A DNA stretch of 63,821 nucleotides, the filler included, from Octopus bimaculoides (lineage: Eukaryota), in NCBI RefSeq assembly GCF_001194135.2. It is 5 parts of 5 records of this genome, joined end to end, with 100 filler letters (N's around TTAATTAATTAA, not from the genome) between each part and the next. Parts side by side here need not be neighbours in the genome. Positions count along the whole stretch, not along the records: positions 1 to 29,456 come from NC_068984.1; 4 more parts are not named here. One strand, 5' to 3'. Under the pieces are notes generated by a model. It was given only the letters and a program-made list of their open reading frames with translations. It did not search any database and was not told the origin of the DNA. The position numbers and the translations under genes are program-made. Of this stretch, positions 1 to 12,673 are shown in pieces. Numbering within the stretch: the first letter of the stretch is position 1; every line of letters begins with the position of its first letter.

Positions 1-1521
1 TACATACATATATATATATATATACATACATATATATATATATATACATACATATATATATATATATACATACATATATGTATATATATATATATGGGCT
101 TCATGGAGGCAATGACAAATGACCGAAACCTTTGGCAGTATGCTGTGCTTAAGAAGGAAGATTCATGAAGCCAAGTGAAATAATGATTGTGGTTGATACT
201 GGTGTCACGCAACTGGCCCTCGTGCTGGTGGCACATAAAAGTACCCACTACACTCTCGGAGTGTTTGGCATTAGGAAGGGCATCCAGATGTAGAAACCAT
301 GCCAAATCAGATAGGAATCTGGTAGAGCCCCCTCAGCTTATCAGCCCTGGTCAAACCGTCCATCTCATGCCAGCATGGACAAATGGACACTAAATGATGA
401 TGATGATACACACACATTTTTGTTCATTTGTTTTGCATCTGTTTTTCTATGTAAGTGTAAGTTGTACGTATATATTTATTTAAGACAGTGTTTTATGGTC
501 GGATGCTCTTCCCGTCACCAACCTTTGTCTATTTTATGAGTAAAGGATTTTCTTGTTATTCCACTACTTCGAGAATATAAAGTCATGGGATGTAATGTTC
601 ACCAGGGATAGAAGCATAACAACATTGGTTGTTTTGTTCAAACAATTTCATGACTAGACCAGAAATTATACCTTTTATGCAAGGACACAGGCATCTACAT
701 ACATGCATGCACATCATGGGCTTCCACTTTCCATGCAGTTTCCATTCACCAATTCTGCTTACACAGCAAGGTCAGCTCAAGGCAATGGTAGAAGACATGT
801 CCACAGAGCTGCGCAGTCAGACTAAACCTAACTCTATATCCATGTGTGTGTATAAAGTGAAAGTTTGTCACCATCTGCTTATATTCACATTACTTTATGA
901 AATTCATTAGATGCTAAAGACTTTAACAAATCCATTTCCTATTATCTTTCAATTAATCATATTTCTACTTGTTTTTACACTATCTGTTAATTAGCTTCCT
1001 TGTTTTAGGTTCATATCACCGTTTTAGTCTCTCTTATTGCAGATACTTTTTAAATCTTGTACAAACCCCAAAAAACTACATCTTTATTCCACCCTTATAT
1101 TTGTCTTCATTTTTCAGTGTTGTACTCAATTTTACTTCTTCCCCACATTTTTCATTTATAGTTTTTATCCTGAACATTTCCTCCTTCTTACAAGCCTTTG
1201 TTCAATGATGTTGCCAACTCCTTTTCCCCCTCCATTAGCAGTTCCCACAGTTTGAACATCCTTCACTGAGAAGTTCCTTCCATCTTCCTTGATGACTTTA
1301 TGTTGTAACTCATTGTTGTCGGATTATATGTTCTGTGTGGTATTGAAACTTTAAAGGTGGCAAATAAGCGGAATCATTAGAATGCTGGATACAATGCCTT
1401 GCAGCCATATTCATTCTGGTTCTCTACACTTTCAGTTGAAATCCTGGAGGTCAACTTTGCTCTTCATTCCTTTCAGAGTTGATAAAGTATTAATCTAACA
1501 CTGGGGTTGATTCTCTCCTCA

Positions 1522-1547
1522 CCTCTCTCTCTCTCTGTCTCTCTCTG

Positions 1548-1586
<39 letters not shown>

Positions 1587-1587
1587 C

Positions 1588-1640
<53 letters not shown>
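1522..1640. repeat. (CT)n microsatellite
   Basis: Direct read. Confidence 0.95.
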
Positions 1641-1642
<2 letters not shown>

Positions 1643-2399
1643 TGTTTCTGTAATTCAACGGTTTTCTCTTATCACTCTGATTTGGCATGAGAATTGCGTT
1701 AAAGATGCACTCGTTTGTGGAATACTCAGCTGTTTGTATAATTAATTTTACAAGCTGGAATCCAGTTGATTGAACAGTCATGCTCAACATTGAGACCAAC
1801 AAAGAATTTACCATATTGAAACTTTATCACCGTAACCAATGACATACTTGGTGGCATGCTTGATTGAATCACAACCAGCAACACAGTTGACTGAATAACT
1901 ATGCACATAATAAGAATAGGTACAACTCCATTGTCTTGGACAAAGTAGTGGAGTTGTCCTGAGTTTTGCTGTGCAGATTGATGAACAAGACAGTAACTAC
2001 TGTGAAAAAAAAGTTTAAAGAAAAATTATCGAGTGATGTTTTGTTTATAAATGAATCAAGAATCCTGATTAATCGTACTTAAACTGATAAATGTAGGTGT
2101 TCAACTTTGAATTATTGATTTATGAGTAAGTGAATGATTTTAAACTACTTTCATCAGTTGGCTTTATAGAGACCTACCCTTAAATAGCTTAGCTTCATTT
2201 TCAAATATATTTTGATTAGCTGATATTATTGGAGTTACCTGCCTTGCTTGCAGCTTCCAGATTCAAAAACCCCTCTTGAGTTCTTGTCTTTTAACTGCAA
2301 GCATAATCTCAGTTAATGGATTTAACTTGTATTACATTTGTACATAGACATGTATATACATGCATATAATTTGTGTACTGATGTTTTCGTTTTCTATAG

Positions 2400-2515
2400 A
2401 GGTGCCGAGGTGAGTGTTGATGGCAAATATCTCCTGCTTTCTCCTAATGAAGGATGTGATCCAGTCAACCGATTGTTTTATGTTGAACTTGACAAACTTC
2501 CTAATGGCATTACAG
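2400..2515 (+). CDS. PREP: PREP exon ([38 protein letters not shown])
   Basis: tatag acceptor, gtaaac donor; beta-propeller motif EGCDPVNRL. Confidence 0.95.
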
Positions 2516-4820
2516 GTAAACTATTTTGTTATTCTCTTTATGTAATTTGAAGAAAGAAATAGCAAATGTTTTTCTATTGCAATAACCTTTGTTTCTAAAA
2601 GGATCCACTAAGTAAATAATTGCAACACATTAATGATATTAATTACAATTGTAGAGGATATGTTTTTTTTATTGAAACTGAAATTAGATGTTTGTCTTGC
2701 AATTTGAGTTTCATGCTATGGTGATCGTCAGGTGAGACACATATATGCCTGAAGATCACTGTGACTTGAAACTTGACAAGACAAATTTCCAGTTTCAATA
2801 AAAAAAATTGTATGTATGTATGGATGGGTAGATGGATCATTGCTTGGTTGGGTGGATGGTTTATAAATAATTCATTCCATAAGACTATTTTGCATAACTG
2901 CTAACATTCAAATGCTTATTTCAGAAAACCTTCCATACGTGAAACTTATTGACAACTTTGATGCCCAGTATGAGGTAACTATGTCCTTATATTTCTTCCT
3001 TGTAATATCTTCCTTCTCACAAAGCTACCTTCAAATTAGTTTTTCCTGTACTGTATTTGCTGCCACAATAAACTAGGACCACCATATTTATGTAGTTATG
3101 GTTTTCTATTTATCATTTGGTGAGATCTTCATCATCTAATATTCACTTTTCTACACTGTATTGATTTCTGTTTTTGTGGAACAGAATAGGGTGTGAAGGC
3201 GGCGAGCTGGCAGAAGCATTAGCACACGGGGCAAAATGCTTAACGGTATTTCGTCTGCCACTACGTTCCGAGTTCAAATTCCGCTGAAGTCGACTTTGCC
3301 TTTCATCCTTTCGGGGTCGATTAAATAAGTACCAGTTATGCACTGGAGTCGATATAATCGACTTAATCCGTTTGTCTGTCCTTGTTTGTCCCCTCTATGT
3401 TTAGCCCCTTGTGAGCAATAAAGAAATAAGAATAAGGTGTGATTTCAAGGAGATTCTGGTTGCTTTTCTCACTGATTGCACAACTGCATAGAGGCTCCCT
3501 CATGGGCTGTACCTCCTCTGGTGGTGGTAAATGGGAATTATAACATTCGTGTATTTGTCAAGAAAACTTGTGTCATAACCTTTTAATATTCAGATTACTC
3601 TATCAAATATAATGCTTATTTATTTGCACCATTTTGAATTAATCCTGCTTTCGAGATTTCAATGATTGTTTATTTTTAGAATGATATTGCAGAATAGAGG
3701 GTAGATATGAGAGACCAGATCTAGCTGGTTTGAACATAACACAAGTAGAATATTTGGGCGGGATTTGGCCAGTTTAAATGACAAAAGGATAAGGTGAAAG
3801 CAAATTGGTTTCTACGAATAATCAGTACCTGGTCTTTGATTTCTCTCGCAGAAAACTTTGCCACTCTGGGCTACCTACACTCTCTCACCCTAACCTTGTC
3901 AAGTATTTTACTCTATAAAGTGTTGTTCCACATAACAAAATATTGGTTTATGAATTTCTTATGACTTTTTTCTTTTTCTTTGACTATTACAGTATATCAC
4001 CAATGAGGGCAGTGTCTTTACGTTCCTCACCAACTTGAACGCACCAAAGTACAAAATAATCAATATTGACTTCCAAAATCCTGACCCGGTAATTACCATT
4101 TCACTGAAACACATACTGTCTCTCTCTCTCTCTCTCTCTTTCACTTATGTGACTCTGTATATTTTAAAGTATTCTTATTTTGCTTTCACAGAAAAATTGG
4201 AAGACTCTCGTTGAAGAAGATAAAAATGCCGTTTTGGAATGGGCTTCCTGTGTCAACCACAATAAACTTGTACTCTGTTATTTAAAAGATGTCAAGGTAA
4301 TTCATTTAATTAAACACACACACACACACACATATATATATTTTTCTCTCGTTCTGGTCTAACAACCCTCCATGTTTGTTTTTGTTCAGCTTTCCTGTAT
4401 GTCTCCACTGTCTTGTTTTTGTTCCCAACTTTGACCCTCCATAAATCCTAAATTTTATTTTGGAATTTATGAGAGCAACTGTCTTTGAAGACTCATATTG
4501 TTGCTGAATGGTCGAAATGAGGAGTAGACAGCCGATAGCTGATGAAGGGTTGTTCTCTGTGTTTACTTGTCCTGTTTACCATTTTTTTTTTCTTGTTTGC
4601 ATGTTTAACTNNNNNNNNNNNNNNNNNNNNNNNNNNNNNNNNNNNNNNNNNNNNNNNNNNNNNNNNNNNNNNNNNNNNNNNNNNNNNNNNNNNNNNNNNN
4701 NNNNNNNNNNNNNNNNNNNNNNNNNNNNNNNNNNNNNNNNNNNNNNNNNNNNNNNNNNNNNNNNNNNNNNNNNNNNNNNNNNNNNNNNNNNNNNNNNNNN
4801 NNNNNNNNNNNNNNNNNNNN

Positions 4821-4862
<42 letters not shown>

Positions 4863-7800
4863 TTTGTCCGTCTTTATCTTCTGAGTTGAATTTCGATTAC
4901 ATTTCAGACAGATTCATTGCTGAGTTGCTGAAGCCGAAATATCGTTATAGCAAATATTCTGCTCAATACCACAGATTTGCTTATCACCTGCTTGACCATA
5001 ACCACTTGAGAGCATGTCCCTTAGTGGCTGACAATATGTGCATCTCTGAAAATGAGCAGGAGTAGTGGAGGAGCATGTGATGAGGGGGATTCTTTGGGGT
5101 TTGAATGAATGTAACAAAAGCACAAGTTTGAAGGAAATATTAGCCATTTTTCATACTTTCTAGGGATAAGCAAAAAGAAATAACAGTTGCTACCCAAGGA
5201 CAAATACCCACTTCTCAGTTGGGGGAGTCTTGACTTGCCAGTTACTTGTTGATCTAATTAGTGTCTGTTGCATGGAAAATACACATTCTACACTCTGTAT
5301 AGTGGTTGGTGTTAGGAAGGGCATTTGGCTGTAGAAACTATGCCAAAACAGACATTGGAGCTCAGTGCAGTCCTCCTGCTCACTGGTTCATGTTGAACTT
5401 TCCACCCCAAACCAATATGGAAAAACAGGCATTAACCAATGTTGCTACTGCTGCTGCATATTAATTTCATCCATTCATTCATTTTTACATGTTTTTCCAT
5501 GCCTGCATGTGTTAGACATATGTTATTGAGGCTCTGTTTTACAGCTGGAGACTAACTAATGTCTGTTGAAGTATTAATTTCTTTTCTTCAACAACTTGTA
5601 GTAACCAGATAAAACAATGTTTTATTTAACTGATTTAAGAAAGAAAACAAACACTGTAGCTATTTAATGATATAGAAACAGGAGCAAAGATTTGGTTCTG
5701 CCATAAAAGAACCAGGTTAGTTTTACTCCATTGTATAATTTATATGATTTGATTGGCATCTTTTGAAGTTTAGGGGACTAAACCTTTAAGATTTCAAGCT
5801 TTTTTTTCTTGATTATTTGATGCTGTAAATCACATTTTGCTCATTCATTAATCAACGATGATTTATTTTTCTAGAATAAGCTGTATGTACATCGTCTGGA
5901 AACTGGATTACTGGAAGCTGAGATACCTTTAGACATTGGCACCATAATTGGTTGTTCAGGAAGAAAGAAAAGTGAAGAGGTGAGTTTCATTTAATTAATT
6001 TACAGATTTTTGATTGTATTCCTTAAAATTCAACTGGAATATATTTTAAAAACATTTAAGCTATTCCGTCATGTTTTATATACGACAAAATAACTTAAAT
6101 ACATTTAAGATATGTTTTATATAATACATATGTATGAAGTATTCTTTCACATTTTTTATATAATTTAGTTATGTTAATCTAATATATTAACTGTTAATAT
6201 ATTAACATATAGATGTGTTAATATTAACACATAGATGTGTTAATATTAACACATAGATGTGTTAATATTAACATATAGATGTGTTAATATTAACATATAG
6301 ATATGTTATCCATTTTCAGTACTTTAGTTATTTAGTTAAATTTTTCAGTATGTACATTAATATCTTTTGTTTCTCTTTGTAGATTTTTATCCACTTCATG
6401 TCTTTCCTGACTCCTGGCATTATCTACCGTGTGGATATGACAGTCGAAAAACCAACTCCTGAGGTAAGTAATTCACATGGTGGAGATAAACTGTGAAACT
6501 TTTCGCTTCTCTGAGGTTTTGTCATTGGATATTTCTGTCCAGTGACTGAATAAGTATTTTTGACTTAGAGAAGGAAAGGGCAGTGCTTTTGGTTAGGAAT
6601 GTTTAGGCACAGCCCATTTGGCCTTACTGATTTAGTAAAGAAATCCATTTGGTATTGAATGTTTTGGTGCCAAGAAAATCTGTAAAGCAGTTGGCATTTG
6701 GAAGAGCATTCAGCTGTAAAAACCATGCCAAACTGTTCTCACCTGTGCTTGTCCCACGTAAAAAGCACTCGGTCCACTCTACAGAGTGGTTGGTGTTAGG
6801 AAAGGCATCCAGCCGTAAAAACCCTGTCAGAACAGACGCAGAAGCCTGGTGCAGGCTTCTGTCAAACAGTCCAACCCATGCCAGCATGGGAGGAAGACGT
6901 TAAACGATGATGAAGAGAGCATAAAGTTGTATTTTTGATAATAGCTTTTGTTGTCTAGTTCTAATATAAAGGGAGGTAACTTTTGCAGTTAGATAATGTC
7001 TTTTTAGATGCTGATTAGTGCTGGGGATGTCATTGGATCTGTTGAAGCTTTACAAATGGAGGTTCATTAGAATATCTGATAAAAATAAAACTGTTAAAAA
7101 TCCATTTTATGTTGTATGAATTTTGAGAAACTATTTGTTATAAATCTCTTAATTAAAAATTTATTTTTGTGCTCAACAGGTATTCCGGACAATTAAAGTG
7201 AATAATTTTGACTTCAGCCAGTTTGAAGTTCAACAAGTGTTTTATCCAAGCAAAGATGGAACCCAGATTCCAATGTTTCTGGTTCATAAAAAAGTAAGAT
7301 GTTTTACTATTTAGGTGTTTTCCTCGTTTTGTTTTTCACTTTCTGTAAATCTATTACATGTAGTCTTCAATAAGATCTACCAGGTCTCTTGGTAAGATTT
7401 ATTGAAGGTCTTCTATTACAAAAACCTATCCTTTATTATTGTGTCATTTATAAAAAAAAATCTTGTATGTTTTCTATAACATCTGTGTGTGTTTTCTACA
7501 ATATCATGTTCTGCATGCTTCTCATTATAAGATCTTCTGTTTACTTCTTACAGTAAGATCTATCATGTGTCTTCTATTATAAGGATGATTTTGAGATCAG
7601 ACTTGTGTGTGTGTTAAAGTCATTGAAAACGATGACCTCAGAGAGTTAATATATGGATTTATTATAAATTTTACCAAAATATCTTACCGTAGAAGATATG
7701 GAATCGATATATTTTTAGGCAATTACTCTCACTCCATTTTAAGAGGCTGGAACTTCTGTTTTTAACTTATCAACATAGAAAGTCTTAATTACAATCTGGA

Positions 7801-10800
7801 GGAGATGGAAGACAAATAAAGAATGATGGAAGCTGTGGCACCCTTTCCTCGTTCACCTCTTTCTCCCTGCATTTGTGACATTCTCTTGCCTCTTTTTCAC
7901 TCACTTCCTCCCTACTGTCCCTTCACTTCCTCAATACCCTTTCATCTCTCTATCTCTTACCTTCTCTCTACTCATCTGCATTATGTCAATCTCACTCTTC
8001 TTCAAATTATTAACCTTGTATCAATCTAATGCTTCATTAATGTTCAAGTTTTGATTAAGATGGTTACCTGGCGGAATTGCTATTGCACTTGGACAAAATG
8101 CCTAGCAACATTTCTTTCAGCTCTGGTTAATCAGCTTGACCCCTTCCTCTGAAATTACTGGACTTGTTCCAAAATTTGAAATAATTAAAAGTTTAAATTG
8201 CCGGACATTATTGATGCAATTGTGAAGCTCGTTAACCATTGTCTAATTGTTTTCTGTCACATTTCAGGGTTTGGTCCGTAATGGTAACACCCCAACATTT
8301 TTGTATGGCTATGGAGGTTTTGACATCTCAATGAAACCAACATTCAGTGTTTCAAGATTGGTTTTTCTCAAGGATTTAGATGGAGTGTATGCTCTAGCCA
8401 ATATTCGAGGTGGTGGGTAAGTAGCAGCAGTTGGTACTATCTTCTTTACTCCTACCAAATGATTAGTTATACTTTGATCAGTTATTAAGAAAACACTCTG
8501 TCAATCCAAGACATTCGCCATGATAGATCGCTGACCACTACATTTATATTTTTTCTCCTTTCTCTCCTTATTTCTTTCTGTGTTCCTTTCAGTTGAAGAG
8601 CGTAGGCTTGAAACGTCAAAGACTTTCTCTATTCCCGAGCGTTAAACTAATACATCCATTTGTTGTTTACACCACCTGTCTTCGTCTGTTGTTTTTTTCG
8701 TAAATTCTCCCATATATTAAATTGGTATGTGATAATCCTCACATAGTGAATTACAATAATTTTAAGGAAAAGAGAAGTCAAATCAATGTTACATATGTGT
8801 CAGTGAACTTACCCCATTTATTTCTATCACATGCAAAAATTCTGCAATTTTATGCAATACATTTAAAGTTCAGTCACTTCTTCAGATATTATAATTTGAT
8901 TCACAATCAACTTGATTGTGAATCAAATTATGTCTGAGGAAGTAAATGAATAATTATCTATTGTGAGGCCACAACATATCAGTTGTTTAGATTGAAACTG
9001 CTGAATATTTATGTAATTGTAAAGCGCCATTTGATGGCTTAAATACCATCATATGTTTGTCACAAATTTTCTGTTTTTTTGTGTTATTAGGGAGTATGGT
9101 GAAAAATGGCACAAGAGTGGCACCCATGCCAAAAAACAAAACGTCTTTGATGATTTCCATGCTGCTGCTGAATATCTCATTAATCAAAAGTACACCTGCC
9201 CCAAAAAGTAAGTACAGTTATTCATTACACAATTATTACTGTTTGTGACCTGGCTATATTAATCACATCCACTAACTATTACAAGTTGTTACCTGGATAT
9301 ATTCAATCAATACCTCAGTACCTTAAGATACCACTATAAGTTGTTACATGGATACAATTGTAATACAAACTACCTTAAAACTCTACTACCAATTAGTTTC
9401 AGGCAGATTGGAATCAGAAAGAACTGTTTTGTAATTCTGGAATATAAAGGAGAAATTGCAAATATCAAATGTGTATGACAAACCAAAGATGTTTCAAATA
9501 TTGCTTTGCAGTAAATTACAATCTTGTTATAAACGAGGCAGTGAGCTGGCAGAATTGTTAGCATGCTGGGCAAAATGCTTAGCAGCATTTTGTCTGGCTT
9601 TAAATTCGGCCATGATCGACTTTGCCTTTCATCCTTTTGCAGTCGATAAAATAAATACTAGCAGAACACTGAGGTTGAAGTAATGGACTTGTGCCCTTCC
9701 CCGAACTTGCTGGCCTTGTGCCAAAATTTGAATACCTTGTTATAAGCAGTTTTTAAATATTAGCATTTTAAATGTTTATTTTGCAGACTTGTCATCCATG
9801 GTCAATCAAATGGCGGACTACTTGTTGCAGCCTGCATAAACCAGCGTCCAGAGCTGTATGGAGTTGCTCTTGCTCAAGTGGGGTAAGTTTTAATCATTTT
9901 ATACATTTATATCACCTCAATATTTTGCATCTTTCAAGCAATCCCACTGCATGGTACCCTGGCCATGGGTCTTCTATTACAGTCTTAAGCCGCTCATAGC
10001 CCTGTGGATGAATATGGTAGATGGAAACTGAAAGAAGCCTGTTGTGTTTCTGTATATATGTGCATGTGTATGTTACTGCCTCCTTGCCTTGACATCTTGT
10101 GATAGTAGCACATGTCCTCAATATGCAAGGAATGTCCTTTGTTTCCAGTCTTCCATGAAAATATTTCTGGTCATGAGGAAATAATATATTACCTTATCTG
10201 GTAACAGGTGAGGGTTGGTGAACAGGAAGAGCAACTGACTAGAATTTCCACCTCAACAAATTCCATCCATCTGATGCAAGCATTGGAATAATGGATGTTA
10301 ACATGATAATGATGATGATAATTTTTCTATGTCATCAGAGATTAGAACTTGCTATGAATTTAGGTATTTTCACAAATTGTTGGTATTTATAATAAAATGC
10401 TTCTCCTACCAACCATACAACTAGTGTGTGGCACCTCTGCTTTTTTCAGGCAAATAGAGACAAAAGAAAAGCAATTGCATATTGTGAGATGTTAATTCAT
10501 CTCTGTAAATAAATGTGCAGATGATGGTCATTCTCTTTTGATAGCTTATAAAGCCTAGCTTTTCATTCCAGTGAGTGTTCATTGTGGAACCACTTTCCCT
10601 TCTGTATGTTCTGACATATGACTAATCTCTGAATTTAAGAACTTCCTGTTAACCTTTACCAGTCTTACACATGATCATCATCATGGTCAGTTGCAGCTGA
10701 GTGGTTATGGAGCTTACCTCCCCACCATGGGGTCTTGGCAAAGGGTTAAAAATTATCAAAAGCAATAGTTAAGTTTGTGTTAATATATGTTAAAAGTTAA

Positions 10801-12639
10801 CTGGAAATAAATGTGGTGAGAGGAAAAAGCAATATTAGTTAATGTTTTTTTTTCTTTTCATTTTCTTATTTTTCAAGAAACCCTAGTTGGAAGATAACTT
10901 CAAACATTTTTGGTCTTATTCAGACCTCATCAATGAAGCATAACCTCTTTGTATTATTAGCCATGAATGAATTACTGTACAAATATTTATTCTCTATCCA
11001 AATGAAAGGTATAGATGGAACAATATGATCGGTTATCAATTGCTTTGTAAATTTTGATTTAGTGAATGGATATTGAAATTATTTTTAATTCACTATAAAA
11101 AAATTTCTAATATTTTCTTTTTTTTCCATTTTCCATTTTCAGTGTAATGGATATGTTTCGGTTCCATAAATTCACCATTGGCCATGCATGGACCACTGAT
11201 TTTGGATGTTCTGATATTTCAGAACAGTTTGAATTTCTTAAAAAGTAAGACATCAAAATTAATGTTGTATATGTTACATACATCTTAACTTTAATGTGTT
11301 GGATTACTGACCTAAAGTCTGAATCCAAAATGTTACTACATCTGAAGTGTTAAGTGATCCTTGCTTTGTTGTCCCTGAAACCACTCAAGTGTAAGCCATA
11401 ACAACTTACACCACAGAAATACCACTCTTGGCCAGGGAACCCATTCTGCTTGTTTTCCTATGCATAGCTGACCTTGCATGTGTTGGGGGTGAATTAGTAG
11501 TTAAAGTGTATTGTATCTATTTCATTGATCAACTGGCCAGTCTCTCTCTCTCTCTCTCTCTCTCTCTATAATCATTTAATGTCTGCCTTCCATGCTGGCA
11601 TGGATGGGATGCATATATATATAGTACATCTGATGAATGCCATGAGGCAAGAAAGTATTCTAGTCCTTATATATTTAATACTCAATATTTCATATATTCA
11701 ATAAGACATTCAGTACTTCATTTCATTTTACTATTTATATTATATTATATATTCCATATTCTATATCCCACATTAATTTTATAAGAATATAAATAAAACA
11801 TAAAAAACAGAGTTGGAACTCTTTTAAATAATATATTCCTCTATACACGATCATACAAAACCCTTTCTCATATATATATATAAATATATATAGAAAATAA
11901 CCTTATAGGTACAACACACTGGAATGGTGTTAATTTCTGAATGAATATAAAGTTCATTTGCATATTTAGGAGGTGCATACAGCTGGAAACACTAAACCCA
12001 AACGAAGAAAAGGAACAAAAACAACAAATGTTAAATGAAACAGTGTGTAGGATAAGTTTTTAAGAGCAACCCAACAAGTTATCACCTAGCCTGTCTAAGG
12101 GTATCGATATTTAAAAAAAACTAATATTCCTTGTCTCTTTACTAGTTTACTAACAATTGCATTAATTTTATCTTTTGTGTTAGATACTTCCAATTTCATT
12201 GTTTTGAGTTCGATGTGACCTGGAGACAACATTGTCTTTCTGAGTTTATTATTAAAATAAATACCAGTAATATATAACTTGTCCTTATCACCTGATAAGA
12301 AAATTGAGAATCATTTAAAATTGTCATCTGTTAATAAATTGTCACATTTATTAATTTGTTAAATGTTGTTGTATTTTAATTGTTCAGGTACTCACCACTC
12401 CATAATATTAGGGTCCCTAAAGATGATATTCAGTATCCCTCAACCCTCCTGTTGACAGCTGATCATGACGACCGTGTTGTACCACTTCATTCCCTTAAGT
12501 TTATTGCTGAACTCCAGCATACTATGACAGGAATAAAGAAACAGGTGAGAATTTCATTTTACTTTTTTTTACCTGTCTGTTCTATCTCTCCTCCTATTCA
12601 TCCGTCCATCTGTTTGTTTGTTTCTCTTTTCCCCCCCAC

Positions 12640-12673
<34 letters not shown>

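Noticed and set aside
1200-1330. Minus-strand open frame HKVIKEDGRNFSVKDVQTVGTANGGGKG
   Set aside because: Bounded by in-frame stops with no usable acceptor; no recognisable domain.
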